From positions 1-37,215 of the forward strand of contig NEEC01000078.1 of assembly GCA_002189035.1 (NCBI GenBank): 37,215 bases of DNA. Direction: 5' to 3'. Both the position numbers and the translations under genes were made by a program. Shown here piece by piece: positions 10,081-22,690 of the stretch. Numbering within the stretch: the stretch's first letter is position 1; each line of letters starts with the position of its first letter. The notes below the pieces were generated by a model. The model searched no databases and was not told where the DNA came from. It saw only the letters and a list, made by a program, of their open reading frames with translations. The DNA comes from Utricularia gibba (lineage: Eukaryota > Plantae > Magnoliophyta).

Positions 10081-11426
10081 GGAAGAACTAATATATATAT
10101 ATTATCTTATTAGTAGTTCATTTTCAGCATTAGGATTGAAATAGGAGGAAAATAAAAGAAAAGAAGAAGAAAAAAATGATAGAATAAAAAAACAACAAGC
10201 ATGCAATAATAGTTAATTAGAAAATGCCATGTGTTTTAACAATGTAAAGATATATATTTTATTGTTAAGACTTATAAATAAACTTTGCTGAGATGATGAA
10301 TAGAAGAAATATAAAGGGAAAGCATTATGAAGAAAAAAACATGAGGAAAAAAAGGAAAATCTGTTGATAGTAAAACTGCAAGTTGATCTATTAGTTATGA
10401 AATAATGACTATGTAAACGGTGAAGATGCGCAACGCCAACAACTAGAAATTCTATGAAGGTTGTCGAAAGCCGAGAAATGGGAGTACCCTTGTGACCTAG
10501 TGATGATTTTTATTAGATACTAATTAGTGTAATCTTTTAATTTTTGCAGCTTGAATATGCTAATCCCTTTCAATGTTGTCAGTATGCTCCATTTATTTCA
10601 ATTTACTAAATACTAACTGGAGTATTTTAAAATGTTACGTTTGTGGTGATCGTTGTGTGGAAGCTGGAGCCCACTTGCGGCAGTCAACAAGAAATGCGGT
10701 GGCAAGATGGATGGGGCCAACGCCTTCTTCGATAGGTGGACATGCCTCAATTAGCTCTTTTGGGTTTGCGTAATACAAACTCACTTTTGCAGAGGTATCC
10801 AACAGGCAACCAACCTACTGCCTTGCTCTTCGTGCACTTTTATTTGCTCCACTAGAAATGTTCAGCTCTGCAGGGTATTATGACGTAGACATGACCAAGT
10901 GGCGTTTGCCAAGAGGCATGATGCCACCAAACTTCGAATTCAAACGCTTGAAAACGGTAACCGTCGGGAGATGGACGGCTTATTTGCCTGCACTTCCCAC
11001 CAGGCACAGGGGCCCCTGTTCGCTCTTTCGTCTTAGATGGACTGTTTGCACAAGTCGTTGCCCTCTCTGGTTGTGCGACGCAGATTGGAACCAATGTGCA
11101 TGGCATGGATATTGTTTCCACATTACTGTTGACTGTTAACTCTAATTCATTAAACAGTGCATGAAAAAACAAAGGCTAATTAGAATGCACGCAGAGTTTG
11201 AAACAAATTGATGAATCATATTACAGAGACTTGAAAAAAACACATCCATCCAAAACGGAATCAAGAATTACAGCTCTTACTGATGATCGAAACTGGGAAA
11301 TGCTAATGCTTCTGTAGTAAGCTAACAACGTAATACTGTTTCGAGGTATTTCATGCTTGCCTGTTCACGTTCAGACTGGAAACTGGTCTCGTTCTTCATT
11401 TTGTAGATCAAACAAAAGTTAGCACT

Positions 11427-12153
11427 TCAGTCTGCTCGCGGACTGCTAGCAGCAGGTCTTTTCCCTTTGTAAGTCTAATTAAGAGGAAAAAGTGGAACTT
11501 TTGATGATGGGAGGGAATGAAAACATTGCATGAGGGTTGTCAGTTAAAATACCTGCTTCCCGAGGTTAAATGGGATATATTTGTACTTGATCATGTGCAT
11601 TATTTGGCGCTTCATAGTGAGAACAAAGAGCACGAACCAGTAGAACAATAAGATAGGCCAAAACACGGGCACATCAAACATGGAAAAGAATGTCATCACA
11701 AATCCTATGCAGAACGCCTTTGTGATGGCATACCTATGAGGACAAAAGGAAGAAGAAGGCACAATCAGAAAGCCAAAAGATTGAAAAAGATGAATAGAGA
11801 ACATATGTACCAAAATTTGAATTCAGGAAGGCGGCGGATGAATGGCTTGAACTCATCAGAATCCTTTGTAGGCAGCATAGGGCCATCGGATGGTTCTATT
11901 TCCGGGTCAACAAGAGGTGACAAAAATCCTATAAGCAGGTTTAGAATATAGATCCCCAGTCCGTAGGTAATTATGTAAAACCCTTGGATGTAATAAACCC
12001 TCAGAGCATAGACCAAAACCAACACGAAAGTCCCAATCCATCTATATAGCGCATGCGGGGTCGATTTATCTAGATAATACTGGAAAACCTTAGAAACTTC
12101 CTGCCTCCTTTGATGCAGAACTGCTGCAGGGCCATCACCTCCAGCCCCTCCAT
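11427..12153 (-). CDS. RER1: Protein RER1 (Golgi-to-ER retrieval receptor), with an apparent 1-nt deletion just after the ATG
   Basis: Exons 12153-11811, 11733-11553 and 11474-11427 with GT-AG introns. Reads ..[78 protein letters not shown]. Length is 572 nt; one added base gives 190 aa. A 5'UTR intron is predicted at 12594-12194. Confidence 0.92.
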
Positions 12154-14959
12154 TATGAATTTGGTAGAGAACAGCAATAAACTTATAATAAATCTGCTTC
12201 CACAGTCAAGACAGACAGCAAGTAAACAGCAATTTCATCAATCAAATTGTAAACCAGCGCAGTGCACATGAAGTAAAAACGGCAAAAAGCGGTTGTAATG
12301 AAACACAGAAATGACGAAGAAACACGAAGCCCTAGGAAATCAATCTTCACCACTAAAGTCACAACGAATAAATCTGCATATAAGCACCCCTAATTACCCA
12401 GAATACCACAGTTCTACATACACACGCATACAGAGGAAAGAAAAAATGGTAAAAAGAAAAAAAAAATTAACGAGGACAAAACTAGATCCAGAAATAGCAA
12501 TTCCTCCACATGAATCAAATCTGACCAGCGTACATATCAACGAAACCAAATTCTGATTAAGCAACAAGCTTGAAGATGATCGCAAGAAGAATACCTGAAG
12601 AGATCGATTCACCCTTGGTTGACGAGAAACAGAGTTGAGAGGGGAACGCTGCTCAATAGAGGAGTTGTGAGGTGAAATATCAAGATGACCGACGAGAACA
12701 CGTCAGCCCAGGAAAGGACACCCTTCATCTCCAAACGACGTCGTACCAAAGGGTCAAATCGTCATTTCCTTTCCAACTCCAAATACATTTCGAAAACTAA
12801 ACTAGTATTTCGGAAACTTTCTCTTTTTTTCTATTTTTAAAATACCAAAAGTAATTTTGTTACTCAACAATGTCGATTTCTATTTCTATTTATTCTTAAT
12901 CACATGTAATAAACAGTAAAATAAAAAAGTAATTGGAATTCAATTTCTCTTTTTACTTCAATTTCTTGAATAAAATCTCAAAAAAATTCTAACAACAAAA
13001 TAATTCACTCTCATATTCATTCTCTCCTATCTTCTTGAATAGTTTAAAGGATAGAGGGAATTCTGGGAGAATTAGATGAGCGAGGATAAAAATGATTTCA
13101 CCAACCTTTTTCATTCATCAAGATACAATGACGTTAATAGATTTGAATACAGCATGCTTGTTTTGTTTATTAATTCATTAAAGTTATTCTATTTAATTTT
13201 GAATATGCTAATCGTTAGTTATTCTATAGTAAAATCAGAATTTCAAATTTTGTGATTAACTTCAGAAATTATTGAATTTCTTTAATATTTATTTTAAATA
13301 TCAAATAAGAGATTAATTAGAAAAATTATACTATTTATTTTTATTTATTTTAAAAATAAATTTATATCATAATATTAAATTATATAATAAGTTAATGTAT
13401 TAAAATTTACAATATATCTTCTATTTTATTAAAATTTTATACTATATTTTTATTATCCTACAAAAAATTTTACAATCTCAAATTGATTCTATTTAAATAA
13501 TATTAAAACTGATTTTTTTCTATATAATCTGAAATACAACTCCAAATTACAGAACATGCCCAACTTCATCAACGAGTGCAAGAAAGAAGATGGAGCAAAA
13601 TTCTATAATGCCTTGGATAAAGTATCAATTTTTGCATGAATAAATTCTTAGATCTTTCTGATTATATGTATGTCAAATTTTTTTGATTTTGGTTATCTCT
13701 TGCATGAATTATGAAAAGTTTTTGATGAATAATCTTCTTTTCTTTCTTCTTTATAAGAGTTGAAATTTAGAATATCCATATATATTTCATTCTTATCTTA
13801 AATAAATATATTAAAGTTAACTATAATGAATTTAGAAACCAAAAGGGTGCTCATGAATGTGATTTTCTCTCAAGTTATCAATCTTGAAAGATATCGAATG
13901 ACTTTTGGCATTAGGATAAATTGGAATTTTTTTTTACTTATTATAGTTTTAGAAGTTTATTATTTACTAACATTTAACTTCTGAATTTAAATAAAAAATC
14001 ATAATTAAATTCTTTTATCATATGCGTTCAAAAAATCTTTATTCTATTGTATAATATTTTTACTTTTTTTATTATTTTAACTCGTTTGAATTTTTGATTA
14101 TTTATAATAGTTTGATGATGATTAGGTTGAAATCATAAATCTTTGATAATATTGAATTTCTAATTAGTTCGTATTAATTATTTAAATAATATTTATATTT
14201 ACATTGTACATTAATAATTTTATAAAAACATTTTGAAAAAGCATTAGGCTCGTGAGCCAAATAAGGTTAACCTGGTCCAATTAATAATTGACTTAGAATT
14301 AAGATAATTAAAGCTCATAAGATCGAGTTTCACTGCGATCTTCAACACTTGGATACAATAATTCCAAGGAGATGTTCAACCACTAACACTCAACTCTAAA
14401 TTCTTTAAATTGAAAGAACATTTGGTGTTTGAAAAAAAAAAAGTTCCCACATTGTGAATAATATGCCATGTAATTTGAACTTTTACTATCAAATACCTTT
14501 ATAATTTTCTATAAATAATATTTACAATCTCTTTTTATTCTTATCAATTATTTTTATTTCTATAAAATATTTTTGAAAAAATAAAAATAGACTTTAAAAA
14601 TTTTTCAGAACATTGATTTACATTTCTAATTCCATTTTATAACTTACTTCTACTTCTACTTTTAGAGAAATAAAAATTCATTGTAAAATGTTTCAAGAAC
14701 AATTGTTAAAGCCATTTTCCTTTCTTCATTTTTCTATTTCTGTGTTGACCCTTGACCTTGAATCAGAGTCATGACATCGCATCCATGGCGAAGAACTCTA
14801 CTTGGGCACTTTGGTGGAACGAATTGACATTGAGGCACCTAATTCAAGGTAACCAGAATCCAGAAATCTATACGTGCTTAATGTTCGACGATGACATGCA
14901 GAGGGGACCAATTTCAGGGGAAAAAATAGGCGCAGAAGTCCCAGCGGATTCTCTAGTCC

Positions 14960-17463
14960 TCAGTCTTTCCCAAAATCAGCGCTGTAGTGAGCACTTGATT
15001 CCAGCTTCTTGGCTTCGTTCAGCTTCCGGACAGCCTGAGGAATGTATTCAAATACTTGAGGTGGGGGAGTAACGGGAGCATCAAACTGCCCTTCCAAGAA
15101 TCAAATTTTACCTTCATGAAATCTTCATGGATGACATAATCCCGCTCCGCCCTGATTGCAGACATTCCAGCCTCGGTACAGATGTTTCGAAGGTCAGCCC
15201 CATTGAAGCCCTGAATATTTTTACCCGTGCTGAGGTTAGTACATTGCGAAAGGGATGAGAGTGCGTAACGCATTGTTTTATTTAGCTTACTTCAGCCAGT
15301 TTAACCACAGCTTCATAATCTATATCACCGTGTTTGGCGATTCCAGCAGCATGTATCTTCAAGATTTCCATTCTGGACTGTTCGTTGGGCAACGGAATTT
15401 CTATTTTCCGGTCTAAACGTCCAGGACGAAGAAGAGCTGGGTCCAGGACATCGGGTCGGTTTGTTGCCATTATCATTTTAACCTGTAAAGTAACAGTTGG
15501 GGTTGTGGCAGATCATCCCTATGAAGTCGAAAACATTCTGACCGAGCAGGAAATGTTTACCTTCCCGAGCTGGTCGAAGCCATCAAGCTGGTTGAGTAGC
15601 TCCATGAGGGTCCTCTGAATCTCGCGGTCAGCACTGGTTCCCTCACTAAAGCGGCGGCCACCGATGGCGTCAATCTCATCCATGAATATAATGCATGGCT
15701 TCAACACAACATTAAACACTTGTAAACCCAGTCTAACTAACACCAAAATTTACGATGTACTTTCAGTAGATACCTGATGATCACGGGCATAGCCAAACAT
15801 TTCTCTAATCAACCTTGCGCTCTCGCCTATGTACTTGTCAATGATGGCACTTGATACAACCTGGAACAGAAATTGTGGGGATCCCATCAGCATACAGTGA
15901 TTAATACATACAATGAGGAGGACACAGGTTTCCAGCACCTTCAAGAAACTAGCATCTATATTACTAGCAATAGCTCTTGCCAGCAATGTCTTTCCAGTCC
16001 CGGGAGGTCCATATAGGAGTACACCCTAGGATATAAGAGGCAATAATGACCCATTAACGAAGATAGTGTGCAAAAAATGGGAGGACACCGAGCAGTTCCA
16101 GGGGACAAAACCAACCTTAGGAGGCTTAATACCAACCCTGAGGAAGAGCTCAGGATTCATTAGAGGTAATTCTATAGATTCTCTCAGTTCTCTGATTTGA
16201 TCCGACAAGCCACCCACAGCAGAGTAACTAACATTTCCTGGATCTTCATGAAGCATATTGTAAACAAGTGGATCTACCTGCAGCATGCAACAAAAGTAGA
16301 GAATTTGAGGTCCGAAAAATTCAGTAGAATGGCACTCATGCTATTTGGCAGTAACTCTTAGAAAATGCTGCACCTCACGAGGAAGAGCTCGCATGATGGT
16401 AAGAGTTGTCATGTCAAGAACTACCCTAGTGCCTGCTGTAAGTTTATCTTTATCAACTTTATTGCGGCAACCAACCACATATCTTGGGCCACTGCTTGCT
16501 TTTACGATCACTGAAATAAGATAAAAAAAAATCCGCACGGAATTTAAAAGGGCCTGATATGGAATCTAAGAAATAAGTTGAATCAGAGGTACCAAATCTC
16601 AAAAATCCAAAAATTCTCCAAGAGTACGATTTTCTTTTTTTTTTGACAAAGAAATTTGCATATAACGATAAGGAAGCTAGTAGTTAACATGAAACCAAAA
16701 CATACAGAATGACATTTCCCAAATCAAAACATCGTCTTACAGCGTTCACTATCAAGAGGCCTGAGAACTTCGCCTATGATCTGCCCAACACTCTGAAGCG
16801 ACTTTAAATCGTCTTCAGTTTTAGCATACTCCTTCTTTTGAGCTCTTAACTCCTCCCTGACTATATAGTAAAAGACACTCACGCAAAAGCCGATTACAGG
16901 AAACAACAATTCATTCACATAAGTGAAATACAGCAGAAAAGTGAAAAAGTGTTGTAGTACAAACATTCCCCGGAAAACAGAAACTTGATCCGTAAGTAAA
17001 AATCATGCAAACTACATTGGAGAAAAGCTGGAAAACATGTAGCAACAATTAAAATAACTTAGCTTTCTTGGATCGCAAATTGAACACCGACCAGCGAAAT
17101 AGCATAGCTACTCATTTTCATCAATAACATATCAGCAGCCCCAAATTCAATTTCAAAAGCAACTCTGAAGCAAAGGTAGCCATAATACATTCCAATCCAA
17201 ATCACCAAAAACTAGAGAGGCGATATACCATAAGAAAAAAGAAACTTAATTTACCGATCGCGTGAAAGAAAGCAACTTTGAAAAACCCATAACACTTCAC
17301 ACGACGGTTGCTAAAAAACTAAACGATACGGAAGTACAAAAATAGGGTTCGAAGAGGCGATACTCGATCGGACGCGACTTTGGGTTTCCTTATGGGCAAG
17401 AAGCTTATTCCGGTACTCTGAAATCGCCGCCAGGCGTCGTCCGTCCACATTGTCGCCAGCCAT
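14960..17463 (-). CDS. RPT4: 26S proteasome regulatory AAA-ATPase subunit RPT4 (subunit 10B), 398 aa
   Basis: Ten GT-AG exons: 17463-17364, 16860-16741, 16510-16374, 16277-16116, 16025-15939, 15860-15774, 15698-15561, 15482-15291, 15210-15112, 15034-14960 (1197 nt, in frame). Walker A GPPGTGKT, Walker [36 protein letters not shown]-terminus HYSADFGKD. Confidence 0.97.
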
Positions 17464-17584
17464 CGGAAATTCCTCAAGCTTCCTCGGTGGCCCGACCCCA
17501 ACTTCACTCAATTCCAACGGAAAAGGCAAAGGTATTTGACCCGACCCGGATTGCTGCACAAGAAAGAATGAGAATACGACACGA

Positions 17585-17620
17585 CGGATGCGGGCCAGGC
17601 CGGGATGGTAATGGGCCGGA
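17585..17620 (-). promoter_or_regulatory. Site II-like GGGCC motifs in the RPT4 promoter
   Basis: CGGGCC near 17591 and TGGGCC at 17612-17617, about 130-150 bp upstream of the ATG. Confidence 0.45.
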
Positions 17621-18329
17621 CCATAAATTTTAAATGAATAATCAATTCCCGTTCAAAATCACTTGTCGGACAATTATACCGTAATCTTTCTTAGTATAGG
17701 ATGATATACTTCTTACTTATTTGATAGATAATTGTATCCATATTTTTCTAAGTTATATGGTATATTTTTAAACCCATCATCTAGATAGGTTTAGAAATAA
17801 CCATATGCGTATAAATATTTTTTTGACAATTATATCCTTTTATATATAAAAATATATATATAATGTACTTGTTTCTTTCAAATGGATTTTTTGGATTCCT
17901 TAGCTCATTGAAAATTGATTGAATTTCCACAAATCTTGAGCAGATAATAATTCTTTTTAAATTTCATAATGATGATTTCTACTATACTCTTTTTATTTTT
18001 GTTTTTAGTTGTTCAATATGGGAAAGAAGATTTTAAAAACTATGATTTTGAGGGATTTTCATATGATTTTGGTAATGTAGAACTTGTGTATTCTAATTTT
18101 TAAGTTTTTGTTGTGTTTAGGGTTCTCAATTTTTTATTACTTGAAGCATTCTAATGGTATTCAACATTTTATCAATTATGGATAATAATATTGTACACAC
18201 GACAATAATTTTGATTGTATGCCAAATAATTGCTTGGAATTTGATGTTTATGAAGTATATTGGTCAATAATATTTGGGGGAAATTGATGAAAGTGATAAA
18301 AGTAGTGAAATCAACCAACAATGGAAAAA

Positions 18330-18560
18330 ATAATCAAATGTTAAGAAAATTCCTATACAAATTGATACTTTTAATAGAATTTTGTCTGATATTAACAGCA
18401 AACATTAAAAAGTTTGAAAATGAATTAAGATACATTTTGCATGATTGTACATTATATGATTTAATTCAATCAAGATATGTGAGAGTGCAAGAAAAAGTGG
18501 CAATATTTTTAGGAACACTTGCTCATCATACAAAAATGGAATTATTAAAGGTCAACATAC
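18330..18560 (+). pseudogene. Degenerate PIF/Harbinger transposase 5' fragment
   Basis: SRYVRVQEKVAIFLGTLAHHTK (18470-18535) matches the recalled plant Harbinger motif (R.VS.EE.VA.FL..LAH..K). KIPIQIDTFNRILSDI lies upstream in another frame. The fragment ends where LTR-like DNA begins. Confidence 0.65.
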
Positions 18561-18599
18561 AAAAGCAAGTGTTGCGTATCATGTTAAGTGTCATTTTCT

Positions 18600-19991
18600 A
18601 GTTATTTATTAGTATTATTAGGTGTTAATCTAGTATTAAGTTGTCTAAATTAGGAGTCTTATTATTAAATATTTGATTTTTATTAGAAAATTCTATTTTC
18701 CTATTTTGTATATATTTTTTGTCTTTTTTCGTATTCTTTGACCGAGACATGTCAGGAGACTATCATGGAATGTTGCAGAAGTATTACAGGTGGTCAAAGT
18801 CTGACTTTTCGTGCCTTGTACGCGACTTGGAACAATTGTGGGTGGAAGACTAACACTGGTTAAGACCCCAAACTTACGGCATGTCAGAGTCTGCAGAAAT
18901 GATTGGACGCAAACTTACACGCAAAGGAAGTCTGGTGGTGCACGCAAGACATAAGAAATGATGGGAAGGGGACTCAAAGGAGTTAATGCACATGGGAAGT
19001 GATATAAAAGCCACTTGGATCACTTAGTTTTGGACTTTTAAACATTTTCTCTTGTATTTAGAACTTTTGAGTTCTTCCTCCCCTCAAGGAGGAAGAGCAC
19101 TTAGCTTCCTTTTCGTTTCTGTTTTCATGGCCCTTTTGGGCTAAAACCCTTTAGTTTCTAGGAGTAGATGAAATTTCTTTCCAAGTCTTGAGCAATACAC
19201 TCAGTTCTTCGCTGAATTCAATTCGGATTCTGCATACTTCCATGCGTATTGTTGTAATCTTTCTGTAACGACTCTTAATCAAGGTCCATGAGTAGCAGGC
19301 CACTCCTCATGGATTTTGGTGAAGATCAAGGTGAAAAGCACCAACTCCAACCCTGGCAGTTCGAGGGAAGTAGTGGATTGTTTATGGCCTAGGTACTGCG
19401 ACAGAGGACAGGTTGTGACCTCGGACCTGCCACTGTTGCAGGTACCGCAACAGTAGACAGGTTGTAATATCGGATCGGTCACTGTTGCAGGTATCGCGAC
19501 AGTGGACAGGTTGTGACCTCGGACCTGCCATTGATCATTGGCAACAGCTGGGCACATGTGCGCAATTCGGTTATGAAGGCAATCGAAGGCAATCCTCTTG
19601 TCTTCCTAATTGTCCAAGAGGGAATCACATGAGGCTATTCCCGTGACTCCTTGTCAATCAGAGTGTAAGGGAGAACATGCTATTCCTTGCTCCTATGACT
19701 AGCTATTCGAAAGAAATCAGTGAAAATCGAGGCGAGGATAGACAAAGAAAGGAGATGGAATCTTATCTTCATGAACTTCATCCCTAAGTCAAAACCCATC
19801 ACTTAGGTTGTAACTTTTATTTCTACATCTTAAAACTCCCCTTTTTCAAAATCGTGACATTTCGTGAAAGTTTCTTACAAACACTTTTCACGAAAAACAA
19901 CTCCCTGAGATCGATACTCGTACTACGCTTTTTGTTTTTTACGTTTTATAAATATTTAAAATTTTTTGAGGAAACGACACACAACATATCA
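18600..19991 (+). mobile_element. Ty3/gypsy Athila-like solo LTR
   Basis: Internal TATA-like GATATAAAAG near 19001. The 3' end AAAACAACTCCCTGAGATCGATACTCGTACTAC...GAGGAAACGACACACAACATATCA resembles Athila LTR ends. 19150-19991 is homologous to 34290-33552. No TSD identified; the 5' boundary is approximate. Confidence 0.7.
19392..19530 (+). repeat. 49-bp tandem repeat, about 2.8 copies, inside the LTR
   Basis: Units start at 19392, 19441 and 19490. Consensus is approximately GGTAYCGCRACAGTRGACAGGTTGTGACCTCGGACCTGCCACTGTTGCA. Confidence 0.9.
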
Positions 19992-20225
19992 TTTATTCAA
20001 CAAATTTTAAATATAAAAAACTTAAAACACAATTTATAGTAGTATGAGTGTCGATCTCAAATTGAATTTTATGAAAAATGTTTTGTGCTAACCTATTATA
20101 AATTATCACGAATTTGTAAAAGAGGTTTAAAATATTGAAATATAAAATAAACTGCAAGTAATAGATTTTGATTAAGATAAGTAGATCTTTGGAAAGAGAT
20201 TTTATTTTCTTCTCATTCCAATCAT
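19992..20225 (-). mobile_element. Older Athila-like LTR 3' end in inverted orientation
   Basis: The reverse complement TGAGATCGACACTCATACTAC...TATTTAAAATTTGTTGAATAAATGATA aligns with 19906-19980 and with 1190-1390. Confidence 0.7.
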
Positions 20226-20699
20226 TATAATGTGCGTCTACTCATTGGATTTCAAATATATGATGTTTTTAATATTCACCATATACTACTTTATCATTGA
20301 AAGGTAAATACTTTTACACCTAGAGAGGATGATGTAGGAGGGATTAGGCCAACTAAATCCAATTCCCTCGGCAGCCCATTACCTTAAATATTTTTACGTG
20401 AATTAGGGTAGGAGGGAGACTTATTTCAGACATGTCAACGAGTTGAGACGAGCTAAAATGGCTGGATTGTTATTTTTTTATTTCCGTATTTTGCTTGAAG
20501 TTCCTTGTTCATTGTGACTTGTGAGACTATGACCTCTTGTTGATTTTCTATTCCTTGTTAGCTATAACTTATAAGACTATGACTTCTTATTAATTTTCTA
20601 TTTTTTATTCTAAGAACTAGAGGTTGTGACCGTTGAGATATCACCTTTTTAGAGTAATATTTGCTTTAGTTACTTGTATTCTTGACTAGTTTTTGGATA

Positions 20700-22690
20700 A
20701 TGAATTTTGGGGAGTTTGTGTAGAATTTCTTGCCATTGAACTACATCAAACAGGCTTATACCACTGATCAAAAACAATTTATGCACATGTCTGGTTAGTG
20801 TTTCATTACTTGATTGTGTTTTTATTGTTTGATCTAATCTTTCGCAAACGTATTGATGCATATAAAAAAATATAAATATGAATGATTGAAATAAGTATAC
20901 CTACACAAGTATAGTAATGGAAAAACGGCAAGCTCCATGCAGTATTGTGTTCATCCCTCGATTCGATTGGTTATCATAGTATCAATCATTCGACATGAAT
21001 GTGATATTGTTCAAGTTTTGGGTTTCATTTTGGACAAATATGTGAATGCACTTATGTTCTTCTCTTCGATTCTCTTTATATAAATATTAAATTTCTCTTT
21101 GTACCCCATTAAAGCAGCTTTATTGAATAGGCTCCTCAAATTCTCAAACTTATAGTAATCAAAGAAACTAGAGCAAAGGTGGTGGAAAGAGTAACAGTGG
21201 CATCCACTATATTTCTCAATGAAAGCAAATACATGTTTTATAAAATTTTTTTAACTGACTCATGCCTATGTCAAATTAGGCATATGGGTTAATCAAGGAT
21301 GATGTGCTCTTATTTTATCCAAAAATCATAACCAAGATTTATTGGTATCTTCATCAACAATATCAAAAGCTATTGGAAGAAGGTTAATTATAGGTGATAT
21401 AACCGGCCTTAAATGCAAGTATGTATGCATACATGGATTAAATGACCAAAACATATATTACATATTCACGCCGCCACTTTTGTGTTTTCAATTAATCACT
21501 ATCTTAGGATACTGAATAACACCCTCATTGAAAAAAATCAGAAGTTTTTACAAAGATGTCATCCAAATGTCATAAATGAGCTCGAAAGTCTTATATAGCC
21601 CACACCATACACGATGATATGGGATTTTGTAACTACTAATGGTTTCAATAGTAGTATTATTGTCACAACCTTTATACCTATATTTGACTGCACAAATGGT
21701 TTCACTATCTTTGAAATTTATCTTGAATTAACGTTTTTGTGTCAAAAAAAACCAATAACAAGTCATCTACATGTGTGAGAGTTGGCATGTTTAGTAATTT
21801 TTCGCTTACTGATTCTTTTATAATAAGCAGCATAGATTCTTTATTTGTAATTGGTTTCTTTGTGATGTTTATATATTATGTATGGTAAACAACGTTCACT
21901 ATTAATTATGTGTATGTGTAATAGATTCTTATATGTATTCTTTTTCAATAAAAAACCATTGTCCCTCTTAGAAAATATCAATAAAGGGTGCTGAGAGTGG
22001 TTCATCTAAAATGTCGCTCTCTTCTATCAAAGTAGACATTGATATTTATTATGTATTTTCTTATTGTTCTTCTTTTTTGCCTCAAAATCTAAGTTTTCAT
22101 GATTTTTTTTAGGGAGAACATTCGCGCTAAAAACTTTGTAGTCATTATTATAATTTAGCATTGAATTACCGTTGATATTTGAAGCTAGACCGAAGTTATA
22201 TTCCAACAAATTGTCCAGATTTTCTTGTAAAAAATCATTATATTTGTGCTCACTAAGCACCTTATTCATATATGGTATTTGATAATAACCAAAATGTTCG
22301 GATTAATGCCCTAGATTATAAATATTACTTGAGTTTGCGGTGAATTGATGAGTATCAAATATGAAAAATAAATCCATAGGAACAGTGGTATGACTAGGTT
22401 TGTGTAGAAAAAATAAGTTTATTTGGAATGATAGTTATGTATAATGTATTTTGTTACTTATAGAGTCGGAATATTGCGTTGAAAGTTACAAATCATATAA
22501 AAATGAAGAAACTTCAATTACCTAATATAACTCGGATTGTAGATTATCTAGTGTAGCATCTATGTGAAATTGCATAATTCATTAAGGAGGTTTGTCATAA
22601 GAAATATAAGTTCTATAGTTGATTATATTACTCTGCAAAAATACTATGTACATAACTAACTCAGAAGATATGATGTTGATAAAGCAAAAA
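20700..22690 (-). pseudogene. MULE (Mutator-like) transposase pseudogene, left copy
   Basis: Broken minus-strand translations include IPYHRVWCGLYKTFELIYDIW, MFWSFNPC..HLRPVIS..LLPIAFDIVDEDTNKSWL*FL, ICLI*HRH and MITNRIEGMNTILHGACRFSITILV. These are hallmark plant MULE motifs, in the expected order. Confidence 0.8.

Noticed and set aside
14444-14454. USE-like motif TTCCCACATTG suggesting an snRNA or telomerase RNA gene
   Set aside because: No correctly spaced TATA box and no recognisable snRNA body or telomere template downstream.
19392-19530. CRISPR-like array (regular spacing, palindromic junction)
   Set aside because: Whole units repeat with no unique spacers, it lies inside a plant LTR, and there are no cas genes.
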